Shown: positions 50,317 to 60,336 of the stretch, piece after piece | Layout of the letters: every line of letters starts with the position of its first letter | Numbering within the stretch: the first letter of the stretch is position 1 | Assembly: GCA_964291655.2 (NCBI GenBank) | Contig: OZ219802.1 | Coordinates: 2,048,001-2,112,000, forward strand | DNA: 64,000 bases | From: Chloroflexota bacterium | GTDB lineage: Bacteria > Chloroflexota > UBA11872 > VXOZ01 | Reading direction: 5' to 3' | Program-made: the position numbers and the translations under genes | Notes under the pieces: generated by a model | What the model saw: the letters and a program-made list of their open reading frames with translations, nothing else | What the model was told of the DNA's origin: nothing | Database searches by the model: none

Positions 50317-50629
50317 GCAACCCGCTGCATGAGTTTGGCCTTGTCGACCGCTTGACGTCAAGGCGCTGAGACGAGGCGTTGCTATCTAATTCATACACGC
50401 GTTAGCTTGTTGGTGCTCATCATTTCTTTCGCGTTGGAATTACGCACATGAACTCTGCCAACAGTGGTTGAACCTGCGTCTCGCTTGGACAGCGGATTCT
50501 CCAGCATTCTCATCGCCAAGCGCGGCATGCCAAGACCCGATCACACCGTCAACAAGCACCGGCTATGCCAAACTGTTCGGTTGTTGTATACTATTATATT
50601 GTAAGGCAGCAACTGAGGAGTGTGATCAG

Positions 50630-50815
50630 ATGACCTCGATTGATGAGCGCGTCGCTCGCATCGAGGGCGGCTATGAACACCTGGCAACCAAGGCAGACAT
50701 TGCCGAGCTGCGCAGTGAAGTCCGGACGATGAAGTGGATGCTGGGGCTGGGCCTTACGGCCGTCGTAGCGGTGTCTGCTGTCTTGCAGGTGATCGCGCTT
50801 CTACCATCTGCCTGA
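50630..50815 (+). CDS. Small coiled-coil + TM protein (LATKAD motif), paralog of 8139-8315
   Basis: ARIEGGYEHLATKADIA identical over 17 aa; GAGGAG RBS. Confidence 0.78.
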   Translation: MTSIDERVARIEGGYEHLATKADIAELRSEVRTMKWMLGLGLTAVVAVSAVLQVIALLPSA

Positions 50816-50908
50816 TGGGTCCTAGCATTGGGTAGGTCTGTGCTCCTTGCCCTCAGATGGCGGGCCGAAGCAGGTTTCCCCAATCGCTGTTCTCATTTCA
50901 GCGCCACT

Positions 50909-51346
50909 CTATGCAAGCAGCCGCTTCGTTCTCCACGCCCGGTAGGCGAATAGCACCGGCAGGCCCAGCACGAAGAGCCGCCCGACTAGTGCCCATATGG
51001 GATCTGGACGATAGACGTACTCAATTTCGTCGCGCACGGTGGTGAGACCCTCCCCACTCACCAGAAACGTATGCCGGTGGATCCAATGCGCAAACGGGCC
51101 GCTAAGCTGTTTATCGGCAAAGCCTGCCTCGCTCACGGATTCGATGGCGGCGTGCCAGCGGATGGGAAACGGGCCGAGCCAGAGCGTGAACCGGAGTTCG
51201 TCACCGGTTGACAGGACTTCCGGTCCCTCCTGAATCCGTACAATCATGGGCGGCGGCGTGATCTCGACGAGGCTCTGCCGCCTGCGGTGGAAGTGGGCCA
51301 CCTTCTCGCGCGGCGCGGCAATCGTGAATTCGTGCCTGAACGCCAT
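50909..51346 (-). CDS. SRPBCC family protein
   Basis: ITPP, GPFPIRW, GPFAHWIHRHTF, LFAYR. Confidence 0.85.
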   Translation of the reverse strand: MAFRHEFTIAAPREKVAHFHRRRQSLVEITPPPMIVRIQEGPEVLSTGDELRFTLWLGPFPIRWHAAIESVSEAGFADKQLSGPFAHWIHRHTFLVSGEGLTTVRDEIEYVYRPDPIWALVGRLFVLGLPVLFAYRAWRTKRLLA

Positions 51347-52473
51347 CAGCGGCCAGGCGCAAAGGGGCGCAGCGCGTCAAGGTAGGCTGTAACGTCCGCG
51401 CTGTCGTTGTAAAGGTGGAGAGACGCACGCACGCGTCCGTCGCCGCCCCACGTGTGGACGTTCCTTTCGATGAGGGCGTCGCGCACGGTGACGGCATCTT
51501 CCACAGCGATGGCAATATTCCCGGCGCGGCGAACTTTCTCCTGCGGCGTCATCACGGTCCACCCCTGACCCTGCAAGCCCTCGATGAGCTCATCGCCCAG
51601 CGCCTCCACATGCGCGCCGATGCGGACGGCGCCGAACTGCTGCAGGTAGCGCACACCGTTCTCCAGGGCGTAGATCGCTGCGTATGAGGGCATGCCGAGC
51701 TCGAAGCGCTCGGCGGTCGGCTTCCAGGTGATTCTCTCGAAGCGATCGTCACTGAGAAAGTCACTCACAGAGAACCAGCCCACCGCTCCCGGGGCGAAGT
51801 CCGGCAACCGCGCGCGGTTCCAGTAGAGCACGCCGCCGCCGTGGATGCCGAGCAGCCACTTATACGTGCTGGCGACCGCAAAGTCGAAATCACTCATGTC
51901 CACGGGCACGACGCCTAACGACTGTGTTACGTCCGCCAGCAGCAACGCACCATGGGCGTGGGCGGCCTCGGCAATAGGGTCAAGATCGAGCCGCAGTCCC
52001 GATAGGTAGCTCACGTGGCTAATCGCCACCAGGCGTGTGCGCTCATCGATCTGCGCAACCACTTCTTCAGGCGTAAACTGCCAGTCCCGGCTGCGCACCA
52101 GGCGCACCTCGATGCCGTGCTCTTTCATCTGAATCCACGGCAGCACGGTGCTGGGAAACTCCAGGTCATTGGTGACGATGTTGTCGCCGGGCGTGAAGTC
52201 GATGCCGCTGGCAATCAAGATGATGGCTTCCGAGGCACTGCCCACCAAGCCGACGTCGTCCGCCGTACAGCCCATGAGGCTCGCGAGTTGCTGCTTGCAC
52301 CGCTGTTCGGTGGCAATGTGCTCCGCCCGCCCGGCCTCGGCACGCGGGCGCTCGTGGAGATAGCGCTCCAACGCCTCGGTCTGCGACTTCAGCGGCGCCG
52401 ACTCCGCGCCGGTATAGAGATACGACGTGTCTTCCACACCTATGAAGTCTTGCTGCGGCGCGAGCGATTGCAT
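51346..52473 (-). CDS. Class V PLP-dependent aminotransferase-fold enzyme
   Basis: EFPS, SHVSY, DVTQSLG, YKWLLG (PLP Lys), RASLHLYN. Confidence 0.9.
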   Translation of the reverse strand: MQSLAPQQDFIGVEDTSYLYTGAESAPLKSQTEALERYLHERPRAEAGRAEHIATEQRCKQQLASLMGCTADDVGLVGSASEAIILIASGIDFTPGDNIVTNDLEFPSTVLPWIQMKEHGIEVRLVRSRDWQFTPEEVVAQIDERTRLVAISHVSYLSGLRLDLDPIAEAAHAHGALLLADVTQSLGVVPVDMSDFDFAVASTYKWLLGIHGGGVLYWNRARLPDFAPGAVGWFSVSDFLSDDRFERITWKPTAERFELGMPSYAAIYALENGVRYLQQFGAVRIGAHVEALGDELIEGLQGQGWTVMTPQEKVRRAGNIAIAVEDAVTVRDALIERNVHTWGGDGRVRASLHLYNDSADVTAYLDALRPFAPGR

Positions 52474-52794
52474 GTGTCAATTCCTTTCTCTAGACCCAAT
52501 TGGAAACTGTTTCAAGTATGTCCCCGTTTACGGAGACTTACTCGTACCCTTGATGTCTGCGACGTTTGGAAAGACAAGTGAACAGTCCCCTCGCTCCGGG
52601 CCCCTCGATCAGGCAGAGGGCGTGCTTATTGGCCGCTGGCCCCACTAACGCAAGGGTCCGGGGGTGAGTGCGCGCACGTCTGGGATGTAGGGGCACGATA
52701 TATCGTGCCCCTACGGGACTACCACCGCTTTCGGCGCTAGAAAATCGGACATTTCGCCAGTTACACCCTAAACGAACGTACGCGAGTGAGGCCG

Positions 52795-53673
52795 CTACCC
52801 GCCAAACCGAAACGACGGGACACCTTGATACGGCGTCTTGATGGAGAAAAGCCCGCCGGCGAGCGGTTCCCGCTCCAGCGCCGCGGCATCGAGTTCCTGG
52901 GCTGCGGAGGTTATGAAGAGGGTATCAAGCTCCGGTCCGCCGAAGGCGCACGCCGTGACTTGGGTGACGGGAAGGTCGATCTTCTCCAGCATTTCGCCGG
53001 AGTTTGGATCCCACCGGCTCACACACGAGCCGCCGTAATGAGCCACCCAGAGCATGCCGTCGCTATCGATGGCCATGCCGTCCGGCATCCCGGCATCTTC
53101 CGGCCAGTCAATGATCACCCGTTCGTTGCCAATGTCACCGGTCGCGTTGGCGTAGTTAAAGGCGCGCACATTCATGCGCAGGGTATCGATGTAGTACATC
53201 GTCGTGTGGTCGAGGCTCCAGATGATGCCGTTCGAGATGGCCACACCCCCGAATATCCTGTGGACGCTCATATCGGTATCGAGGCGGTAGAGGCTGCCGG
53301 AGTCCTTGGGATTCGCGTAGGCCATGCTGCCCGCCCAGAAGCGGCCTCCCGGATCGCACTTGCCGTCGTTGAAGCGATTGCCGGGAATGTGCGCTTCCGG
53401 CGTGGCAACCAGCGTGAGCTCTTGGCTCTCCAGGTCGAAAGACGCAAAGCCGTCCGGTACCGCCAGCATCAGCCCGCCGGACGCGCGCGTCACCACGGTA
53501 CCTACGTGCTGTCCCACATCATTGGAGTGGTTTTCGCCCGTGGCCGGATCGTAGATGAAGAGCTTGGAGCTGAGTATATCCACCCAGTAGAGCACCTGCT
53601 CTTCCTCATCCCACAGCGGTCCCTCACCCACCAGGGCGCGCGCATCCACCAAGAGTTCTAGAGCGGCATCCAC
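52795..53673 (-). CDS. SMP-30/gluconolactonase/regucalcin family protein
   Basis: VGEGPLW, RFNDGKCDP, SNGIIWS, PDGMAID, VTACAFGG. Confidence 0.95.
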   Translation of the reverse strand: MDAALELLVDARALVGEGPLWDEEEQVLYWVDILSSKLFIYDPATGENHSNDVGQHVGTVVTRASGGLMLAVPDGFASFDLESQELTLVATPEAHIPGNRFNDGKCDPGGRFWAGSMAYANPKDSGSLYRLDTDMSVHRIFGGVAISNGIIWSLDHTTMYYIDTLRMNVRAFNYANATGDIGNERVIIDWPEDAGMPDGMAIDSDGMLWVAHYGGSCVSRWDPNSGEMLEKIDLPVTQVTACAFGGPELDTLFITSAAQELDAAALEREPLAGGLFSIKTPYQGVPSFRFGG

Positions 53674-53979
53674 GATTCAATCTCTCCCTTGCGTTTCTCA
53701 AGCATTGCTTAGCCGGCATTCACCTCTGATGATAGACTCTTTGCCTCTGCTGTGGCGAACCCCGGCCCTGTCGCAATCATCACGGATGTCCGCCGGACCC
53801 GCATTGGGCGTAGGGGCACGAAATATCGTACCCCTACGTGGGCGACTAATGGATGTGCACCACATCCTGCATGGTTTGTGCACTGTTGTTGCCGCGGCAA
53901 TCGCTTGTGTTTCGCCGATACGGCTTCTATCATGGTGCGAAAGCAGCACCTGACAAAACCAGCCACATTGGAGGACTTG

Positions 53980-54963
53980 ATGTCTGCCTCGAATAAAGTA
54001 CGCATCTGCATGATCGGCGCGGGCAGTCTCGCCAACGTCATGCACTATCCGTCGCTTACGGAGATGGAAGACGTGGAGATTGCCGGCACGTGCGATCTCG
54101 ACGCCGAGCGGCTGAAAAATACGGCGGCCCGTTTCAGCATCGCCAACACCTACTCCGACTATCGCGAGATGCTCGACAAGGAAAAGCCGGACGGCGTTTA
54201 CTGCCTCATGCCGCCGCACCATCTTTACGACATCTCGATAAACGTCCTGCAGCGCGGTCACCACCTCTTCGTGGAGAAGCCGCCAGGACTCAACGCGTTC
54301 CAGACCAGCAGCATGGCCAAGACCGCCGCCAAGTACGGCGCGCTCACCATGACGGCCTTCAATCGCCGCTTCATCCCGCTCATGCGCGAAGTGCGGGCCC
54401 AGGTGGAAGCTCGCGGGCCGATCATCCAATTCCAGTCGGTCTTTCTCAAGCACCAGTTCACGACGCCGGGCGACCTCCCCTACTACGGCGGCGCGACTGA
54501 CATTCTCAGTTGCGACGCGGTCCATGCGGTCGACGTTTGCCGCTGGCTGGGCGGCAGCGACGTGGCGGCGGTGGCCAGCGACGTGCGTGAGGTGTATGCC
54601 GATTACCCCAACGTCTTCAACGCGCTCATCAAGTTTGAAAACGGCTGCGCCGGATTCCTGCAGGCAAATTGGGTTGCCGGTACGCGGCGGCACATCTTCG
54701 AGATCCACGGCAAGGGCATCACCGCCTATGTCGACCCGGATGACACGGCCAGAGTCTATACGGACGGCAACGACGAGCCGACGGTGCTGGACGTCAACAC
54801 GGTCGCGGGCAGCGACGCGCGCCACCGTGCCTATGGCTTCTTTGGCGAGAGCCGCCACTTCATCGATTGCATCAAGACCGGCCGCCAGCCTGACACAAAC
54901 TTCACCGACGCTACCAAGACTATGGAACTCGTCGACTCCATCTATCACTCGGTACTGGAGTAA
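53980..54963 (+). CDS. Gfo/Idh/MocA family oxidoreductase
   Basis: IGAGSLA, FVEKPP, FNRRF, DAVHAVD; GGAGG RBS. Confidence 0.92.
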   Translation: MSASNKVRICMIGAGSLANVMHYPSLTEMEDVEIAGTCDLDAERLKNTAARFSIANTYSDYREMLDKEKPDGVYCLMPPHHLYDISINVLQRGHHLFVEKPPGLNAFQTSSMAKTAAKYGALTMTAFNRRFIPLMREVRAQVEARGPIIQFQSVFLKHQFTTPGDLPYYGGATDILSCDAVHAVDVCRWLGGSDVAAVASDVREVYADYPNVFNALIKFENGCAGFLQANWVAGTRRHIFEIHGKGITAYVDPDDTARVYTDGNDEPTVLDVNTVAGSDARHRAYGFFGESRHFIDCIKTGRQPDTNFTDATKTMELVDSIYHSVLE

Positions 54964-55126
54964 CGCTTCCGCAGGGCCGCAGGTACGTCACGCCTCGTGG
55001 TCCAACTATTACGGATCGATGGGTAGCGCAGGTTCGCGCGTCCCGTGCGCGCAACCTGCGCGGACTTGCCGTGTTGCCGGGCAACGTCCTACGCAAAACT
55101 GGCAAAACGGAGTGAAAGAGATACGC

Positions 55127-55858
55127 ATGTCCAAGAACTTCCTTAAGTGGGCGGCGGTGCTGCTGATCGTCATGTGGCTGGCGGTCGGCTGTGGAAACGG
55201 CGACGGCGCCGCTACAACCGCCTCAAGTCCGGAAGCAGCTGCCCCGGAAGAGTCCTCCGGCCAGACCACAACGTCAGAATTCAAAGCTGAGGTGTGGGCA
55301 GATAATTGGTTTGCGCTCTACGTCAACGGGGAACTGGTCGGCGAGGATTCAACCCCCATAACGACGGAGCGGTCCTTCAACGCCGAGACTATCACCTTCA
55401 CCGCCGCGTATCCCCTGACCATCGCCATCGAAGCCAAGGACTTCAAGGAGACTGATTCGGGGCTGGAATACATCGGCGAGCGCAACCAGCAGATGGGCGA
55501 CGGCGGCATCATAGCGCAAATCACCGACCTGAGCACCGGCAATGTCGTGGCCGTCACCAATAGCGGCTGGAAAGTGCTGGTTATCCATCGCGCCCCTTTG
55601 AACCCCGAGTGCGAGCAAGCGGCAAACCCGGACACCGCCTGCCGTTTTGAGAAGTCAGAAGCCCCTCCCGGCTGGACCAGCGCCGACTTTGCCGCCGACC
55701 AGTGGGATTCCGCCACCGAGTGGTCGGAGGCCGCCGTGCGCCCCCGAGACGGCTACAACCGGATCCAATGGGACAGTTCCGCCCGCCTCATCTGGGGCAG
55801 CGACCTTGAAATAGACAACACAATCCTCCTGCGCCTGACCGTGGCTGCTCCTTCCTGA
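55127..55858 (+). CDS. Lipoprotein with beta-rich, lectin-like domain
   Basis: Lipobox AVGC, low-complexity linker, WADNWFALYVNG..TERSFNAE..GDGGIIAQ. Confidence 0.7.
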   Translation: MSKNFLKWAAVLLIVMWLAVGCGNGDGAATTASSPEAAAPEESSGQTTTSEFKAEVWADNWFALYVNGELVGEDSTPITTERSFNAETITFTAAYPLTIAIEAKDFKETDSGLEYIGERNQQMGDGGIIAQITDLSTGNVVAVTNSGWKVLVIHRAPLNPECEQAANPDTACRFEKSEAPPGWTSADFAADQWDSATEWSEAAVRPRDGYNRIQWDSSARLIWGSDLEIDNTILLRLTVAAPS

Positions 55859-56067
55859 CGGTCCGGCCGGTATGGCTATGTGAATTCACATAGAGTGTCC
55901 TCGGGTAACGATTCTTGATACCACGTCTTCTCGATAAGTTGCCTAAAGACCGGCCTAAGACTGACCGACCACTCTCGTGTCTGAACGGCCCTGAGACGGA
56001 TTAACTCCCAAGTTGGCGAACTTCGTATTGCCCAGGCTTGCAGGCGAGGAGACACCCTTTCCACCAT

Positions 56068-56197
56068 TTCGTAACACCGTCATTCCGGCGCAAGCCGGAA
56101 TCCAGAGCGCCTTTACAACTAAAGACAGCTGATGTCAAGTAATTTCGCCCCCATCCTAACCTTCCCCCTCAAAGGTGAAGGGCTATGCAAAGGTCTC
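56068..56197. mobile_element. 139-bp MITE family, copy 3 (left end eroded)
   Basis: GTCATTCCGGCGCAAGCCGGAATCCAGAGCG..GGGCTATGCAAAGGTCTC followed by GAGAGGGCTGGGGTGAGGGG. Confidence 0.78.
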
Positions 56198-56476
56198 CTC
56201 GGTGAGAGGGCTGGGGTGAGGGGAAATGGACGCCAAAGCGGCTCGCCTACGATCTCCCGGCACAGTTGCGGAGAAGTCTCCAGAAGTTGTGATCGTGACA
56301 TTGCGGAGAAGAAGGAGCGACCGATGGCAAGGCCGCAGCAGCAATAAGAGAAACCGGCAGCTTAGACAGCTCTCCATCTAGCAAGATTTCTTGCCTCTCC
56401 TTGCCGGCAATAGCGCCAATAAACCGAAAGTCGCCGTCAGCGACTCTGCGACAAATGACAACTGGGCTTGGCCCTC

Positions 56477-56526
56477 TTGAAAACCGCTCCTGGGACACGT
56501 ATACTTGTAGAGATTATACGTATACT
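56477..56526 (+). promoter_or_regulatory. Sigma70 promoter and probable autoregulatory operator of the TA operon
   Basis: TTGAAA-17 nt-TATACT (56477-56505); ACGTATACT repeated at 56497 and 56518. Confidence 0.65.
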
Positions 56527-56549
56527 AACTAGGAAGGTGGCAAGCCACG

Positions 56550-56777
56550 ATGAAACAGAAGCTCACCATTACAGTGGATGCCGACCTCTTGCCGGCGGCC
56601 AAGCGGTACGCTCGTTCTCGTGGCGTGTCCCTTTCGTCGCTGATCGAGCAGTCCCTCAGGGCAATGGCAGGTGAGGAATCGCCGTCATTCTCCGAGCGAT
56701 GGCGCGGCAAGTTTCAGGCGGCGGAGCGTGATGACGACCCGCGCTACGCTGCGCTGGCCGAAAAATTCCTCCGGTGA
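56550..56777 (+). CDS. Antitoxin, DUF6364/RHH-like
   Basis: MKQKLTITVD..AKRYA..GVSLSSLIE; overlaps the PIN gene (GTGA). Confidence 0.85.
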   Translation: MKQKLTITVDADLLPAAKRYARSRGVSLSSLIEQSLRAMAGEESPSFSERWRGKFQAAERDDDPRYAALAEKFLR

Positions 56778-57181
56778 TACTTCTCGACACCGACGTGCTC
56801 ATAGACGTCGCCCTGGACAGGCGCCCTCACGCCGACCCTGCAGCGAAGCTTCTCGACCGGATCGAGCATGGCGCTGAGGCGGCCTTTGTCGCATGGCACT
56901 CTCTCTCGAACCTCTATTACCTGGTGGCTCCAGCGCTGGGAGACGTGAGCACGCGCGACTTCATCGTCGAGCTTACGCGCTTCGTGGCGGTAGCTACGAC
57001 CGACACCGCAAGCATCCGCTACGCCGCCCAGCTGCCCATGGCTGACTTCGAGGACGCCATGCAGGTGGCTGCTGCCCGCGCCTGCGGGGCCAGACACATT
57101 GTCACGCGGAACGTGAAAGACTACGCACGCTCTCCCATTCGTGCGGTCGCTCCCCACGATGCGCTCGGAGAGTTGTTCTGA
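56774..57181 (+). CDS. PIN-domain (VapC-like) toxin
   Basis: LLDTDVLID, DFEDAMQ, IVTRNVKDY. Confidence 0.92.
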   Translation: MILLDTDVLIDVALDRRPHADPAAKLLDRIEHGAEAAFVAWHSLSNLYYLVAPALGDVSTRDFIVELTRFVAVATTDTASIRYAAQLPMADFEDAMQVAAARACGARHIVTRNVKDYARSPIRAVAPHDALGELF

Positions 57182-57445
57182 CATCCAGTCAGTCGGTCCC
57201 AATTACATCCTGCGTGCTCACATTCGCCTCGCCGGCCGCAATCGATATAGCTTGAGACCGGTGCCAAAGCGCTCCAATCAATATGCTATGCTAAGGGTGC
57301 CGATCGATCTCCGCGCGAAAAGCTCAGGCACGCTTTGCGGTTTGTTGAATGTCCAGTCTAATTCCTGCAATTGACGCCAGTCCGCGTCTCGCCAATTGGC
57401 AATGGATCCGCAACGGCGTGAGCACAGAGAGGCAGAGGAAATTCC

Positions 57446-58375
57446 ATGGAACGTATCTGGCTGCGGTGGTGGGGGTGTGGGGCGTTTGACGTGCGCTTTG
57501 GCGACGTGAATATCGCCTTCGATCCGTATCTCTTTGGGGAGAACCTGGACAACGCCCAGCCGATTTACGACTACATCTTCATCAGTCACGAGCACTTTGA
57601 CCACTGCCATCCCAAGACGCTGCACAAGCTCTGTCAGGGCGAGCGGTTCAAGCGGCTGTTCGTGCCGCCGGGCGCCTTGTGGCCGGACGAGCCCATTGAC
57701 GAAAAGTACGGGGACGCGGCGTTTTCGCGCGATCTGCCCATCACCAAGCACGTGGCGGCCGACAAGATACAGGTGATGTATCCCAAGCACCAGAACGAAC
57801 TGCAGCGGGGCAGGCCGTGGGCGGGTACCGTGCACGAACGGGAGTTCCCCGGACCGGACGAGCTGGACCTGGGCTCGCTGCACGTGGAGACTATCGAAAG
57901 CGGGGAAAACCAGCGGCCCGATCTACCCAACCTCGGTTTTCTCGTGACGCACAAGGCCTTGAATGTCTCGTTCTTACATATTGGCGACGCCTGGGCGGCA
58001 TATCCCGCCATGCAGGCCTTGCGCGGACGGGTGGACTTTGCCATTCACATGAAACTCGGCCTGACGCCGACAACCTCTGACAACCAAACGACTGAACTCG
58101 AGGACTTCGTGGACTACATCCGGCCGCATGCCCTGATCCCGGTGCACTATCGCACCGACCGCAAGTCGGACCCCGTGCCGGAAGGGCATTGGCCGCCGAA
58201 CGCGAGCGACGTGGGCGCATTCATCGAGTACTATCGTGAGAAGGTTGGCGCGCAGACGCGGGTGCTGCCGTTTACGGCGGGCATCGAGTATGCGGTCACG
58301 CTGCCGGAGAAGCAGGTGGAGTGGCAGTGGGAGTGGGTGAATACGTGGGACGTGCCGCCGTGGCGTGAAGGGTAG
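57446..58375 (+). CDS. MBL-fold metallohydrolase (UlaG-like)
   Basis: FDPY, SHEHFDH, HIGD, IPVHY. Confidence 0.85.
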   Translation: MERIWLRWWGCGAFDVRFGDVNIAFDPYLFGENLDNAQPIYDYIFISHEHFDHCHPKTLHKLCQGERFKRLFVPPGALWPDEPIDEKYGDAAFSRDLPITKHVAADKIQVMYPKHQNELQRGRPWAGTVHEREFPGPDELDLGSLHVETIESGENQRPDLPNLGFLVTHKALNVSFLHIGDAWAAYPAMQALRGRVDFAIHMKLGLTPTTSDNQTTELEDFVDYIRPHALIPVHYRTDRKSDPVPEGHWPPNASDVGAFIEYYREKVGAQTRVLPFTAGIEYAVTLPEKQVEWQWEWVNTWDVPPWREG

Positions 58376-58410
58376 CCGGACAACGGATGCTTGCTGTGAC
58401 CTATGCTGTT

Positions 58411-58426
58411 TGTTTCACGTGAAACA
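58411..58426. promoter_or_regulatory. parS: parS centromere-like site
   Basis: Perfect palindrome TGTTTCACGTGAAACA. Confidence 0.92.
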
Positions 58427-58523
58427 TCCCGCGGCACTGCACGCAGCAGCCAAGCGAGACTCCGGCAAACCCAGCGTGACTGTCTTGTGCGCTTGCCGAG
58501 TCCACCGCGCCGGCCCGGCAGTA

Positions 58524-58539
58524 TGTTTCACGTGAAACA
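58524..58539. promoter_or_regulatory. parS: parS centromere-like site
   Basis: Perfect palindrome TGTTTCACGTGAAACA. Confidence 0.92.
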
Positions 58540-58693
58540 ATCGCCTGGACCGCCGCATCGCTGCTACAAGGACATGCCGAGTAGTTCACAAAGCGGGTTC
58601 CCCCCAGTTCGCTGCGCTGCCGCGCGGCCCGGGCTCGCCGTTTCACCTGATTTGACCGGCCTGCACGTCTGCTAGTGGGCCAAAGGACGCACC

Positions 58694-60010
58694 GTGTATC
58701 TCACCGCGCTCTCCCTTACGAACTTTCGCAACTATCGCGCCGTCGAACTTCCCCTCGCCCAGGGATTGACGATCTTTGCCGGACCGAACGGCGCAGGGAA
58801 GTCGAATATCCTCGAGGCCATCCACTGCCTGGCAACCGGCCGCTCCTACCGCGCCCGCTCCGATACTGAATTGCGCAGCTTTGCGCCCGATCCGGAGCGT
58901 CCCTACACGCGCGTAGCCGGCGACGTGGCCGCCGGCGATCTCACGACCACGCTGGAAGTCATCTGGGCTGCCGAACAGGACCAAGCGGCCGGCTTTAGCA
59001 AGCGCATCCGCATCGGCGGCGCGCCTCGCCGCGCCTCCAGCCTGCTGCAGCACCTGCACGTGGTGCTGTTTACGCCCCACGACATCGGCCTGGTGGACGG
59101 CGCGCCGAGCATCCGCCGCCGGTATCTCGACTACTTGCTCAGCCGCATCGATCCGAGCTATCTCCGCACACTGCAAGGCTATGAGCACGTCATGGCAGAG
59201 CGCAACGCCTTGCTGCGCGCGCTGCGGGAGGGAGCAACCCGCGACCGGCGGCAACTGGAAGCCTGGACTCAAGAGCTTACCGCCTTGGGGGCAACGCTCA
59301 TGGCATTGCGTACGGTCTACACGGCCCATGTGGCGGAACCCTTGGCGGCTTACTTCGCGTCGCTGACGGGTCTTGGCGGCGAACGGAGCCCCTCAGGCTC
59401 TGGAGCAGAATACGCCGGCGCCGGGCGGTCTTTGCAAGGCCCGGAGGTACAACCGGACGCAGCAGAAGGAGACCCATGTAAGGCTGCAGGTGACCTCCGC
59501 GCCGCGAGCTTGCAATTGCGCTACGAATCTACGGTGCCGCTGCCGTCAGGGCTCCCGCATTGCGACGAACTCCGTATCAGCGCGCTGCCTCAGGCGTGGC
59601 TCACTGAGATTCAGTTGGCCTTTGCCGCCGCCCTGTCCGAGCAGGCGCCCCGCGAACAGGCCCAGGCAGTAACGGTGGTGGGACCCCATCGCGACGACCT
59701 CACGTTCCTGCGCGGCGACCATCCCCTGGCGGCCTACGGTTCCCGCGGCGAACAACGGCTCGCTGCCCTTACCCTCAAGCTCACGGAAATAGCCCTGCTG
59801 CACGCGGAATCCGGCGAGTGGCCGGTGATTCTCCTTGATGACTTCCTCTCCGAACTCGATGCCCAACGCCGCCGGCACGTCCTCGCGTCACTGGCCCCCA
59901 ACGTCCAAGCCTTCGCCACCACCTCCGACCTCCAGCAATTTTCGCAGGACGTCGTGGATGGCGCCCACGTTTTGCGCGTCGGCGACGATTCTATTGTGCC
60001 CGCGCAGTAG
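58694..60010 (+). CDS. recF: DNA replication/repair protein RecF
   Basis: NFRNY, GPNGAGKSN, GAPSIRRRYLD, GPHRDDL, GSRGEQR, LLDDFLSELD. Confidence 0.96.
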   Translation: MYLTALSLTNFRNYRAVELPLAQGLTIFAGPNGAGKSNILEAIHCLATGRSYRARSDTELRSFAPDPERPYTRVAGDVAAGDLTTTLEVIWAAEQDQAAGFSKRIRIGGAPRRASSLLQHLHVVLFTPHDIGLVDGAPSIRRRYLDYLLSRIDPSYLRTLQGYEHVMAERNALLRALREGATRDRRQLEAWTQELTALGATLMALRTVYTAHVAEPLAAYFASLTGLGGERSPSGSGAEYAGAGRSLQGPEVQPDAAEGDPCKAAGDLRAASLQLRYESTVPLPSGLPHCDELRISALPQAWLTEIQLAFAAALSEQAPREQAQAVTVVGPHRDDLTFLRGDHPLAAYGSRGEQRLAALTLKLTEIALLHAESGEWPVILLDDFLSELDAQRRRHVLASLAPNVQAFATTSDLQQFSQDVVDGAHVLRVGDDSIVPAQ

Positions 60011-60336
60011 GGCCCCCCGCAGACACCATCCCTCCTCCCACATTCCTTCACCACACCCGCCTATCCGGTTCGATCGGGTTACAGTGGGTTATATGGAGGT
60101 CTCCCCAGCGAACATGAGAGATTCTCGTGCCTCCGGGTGTGGGCAGACAACGGTCTCTTTGAGTGGCTGGGTTGTCCGAGCAGGCAGAACGTAACCTAAG
60201 TGTAATTGCCGATTCCGGGGATAGGGTGGGCCACGGCGAAGTCTCGTACGGGGCGCCTGCCGTGGACAGTGCGCCGCACAGTGTATAATCACTTCAAATC
60301 GAGCACGGATAGCGTTCACACAGAGAAGGAATACGC

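Noticed and set aside
51346-52473. Cysteine desulfurase (SufS/IscS)
   Set aside because: Lacks the catalytic Cys loop (RxGxHC or SSGSAC)
54524-55126. Long N-terminal extension of the lipoprotein ORF
   Set aside because: Overlaps the Gfo/Idh/MocA gene out of frame; the signal peptide starts at ATG 55127
58640-58655. Third parS site
   Set aside because: Only a half-site (GTTTCAC) matches; the palindrome is broken
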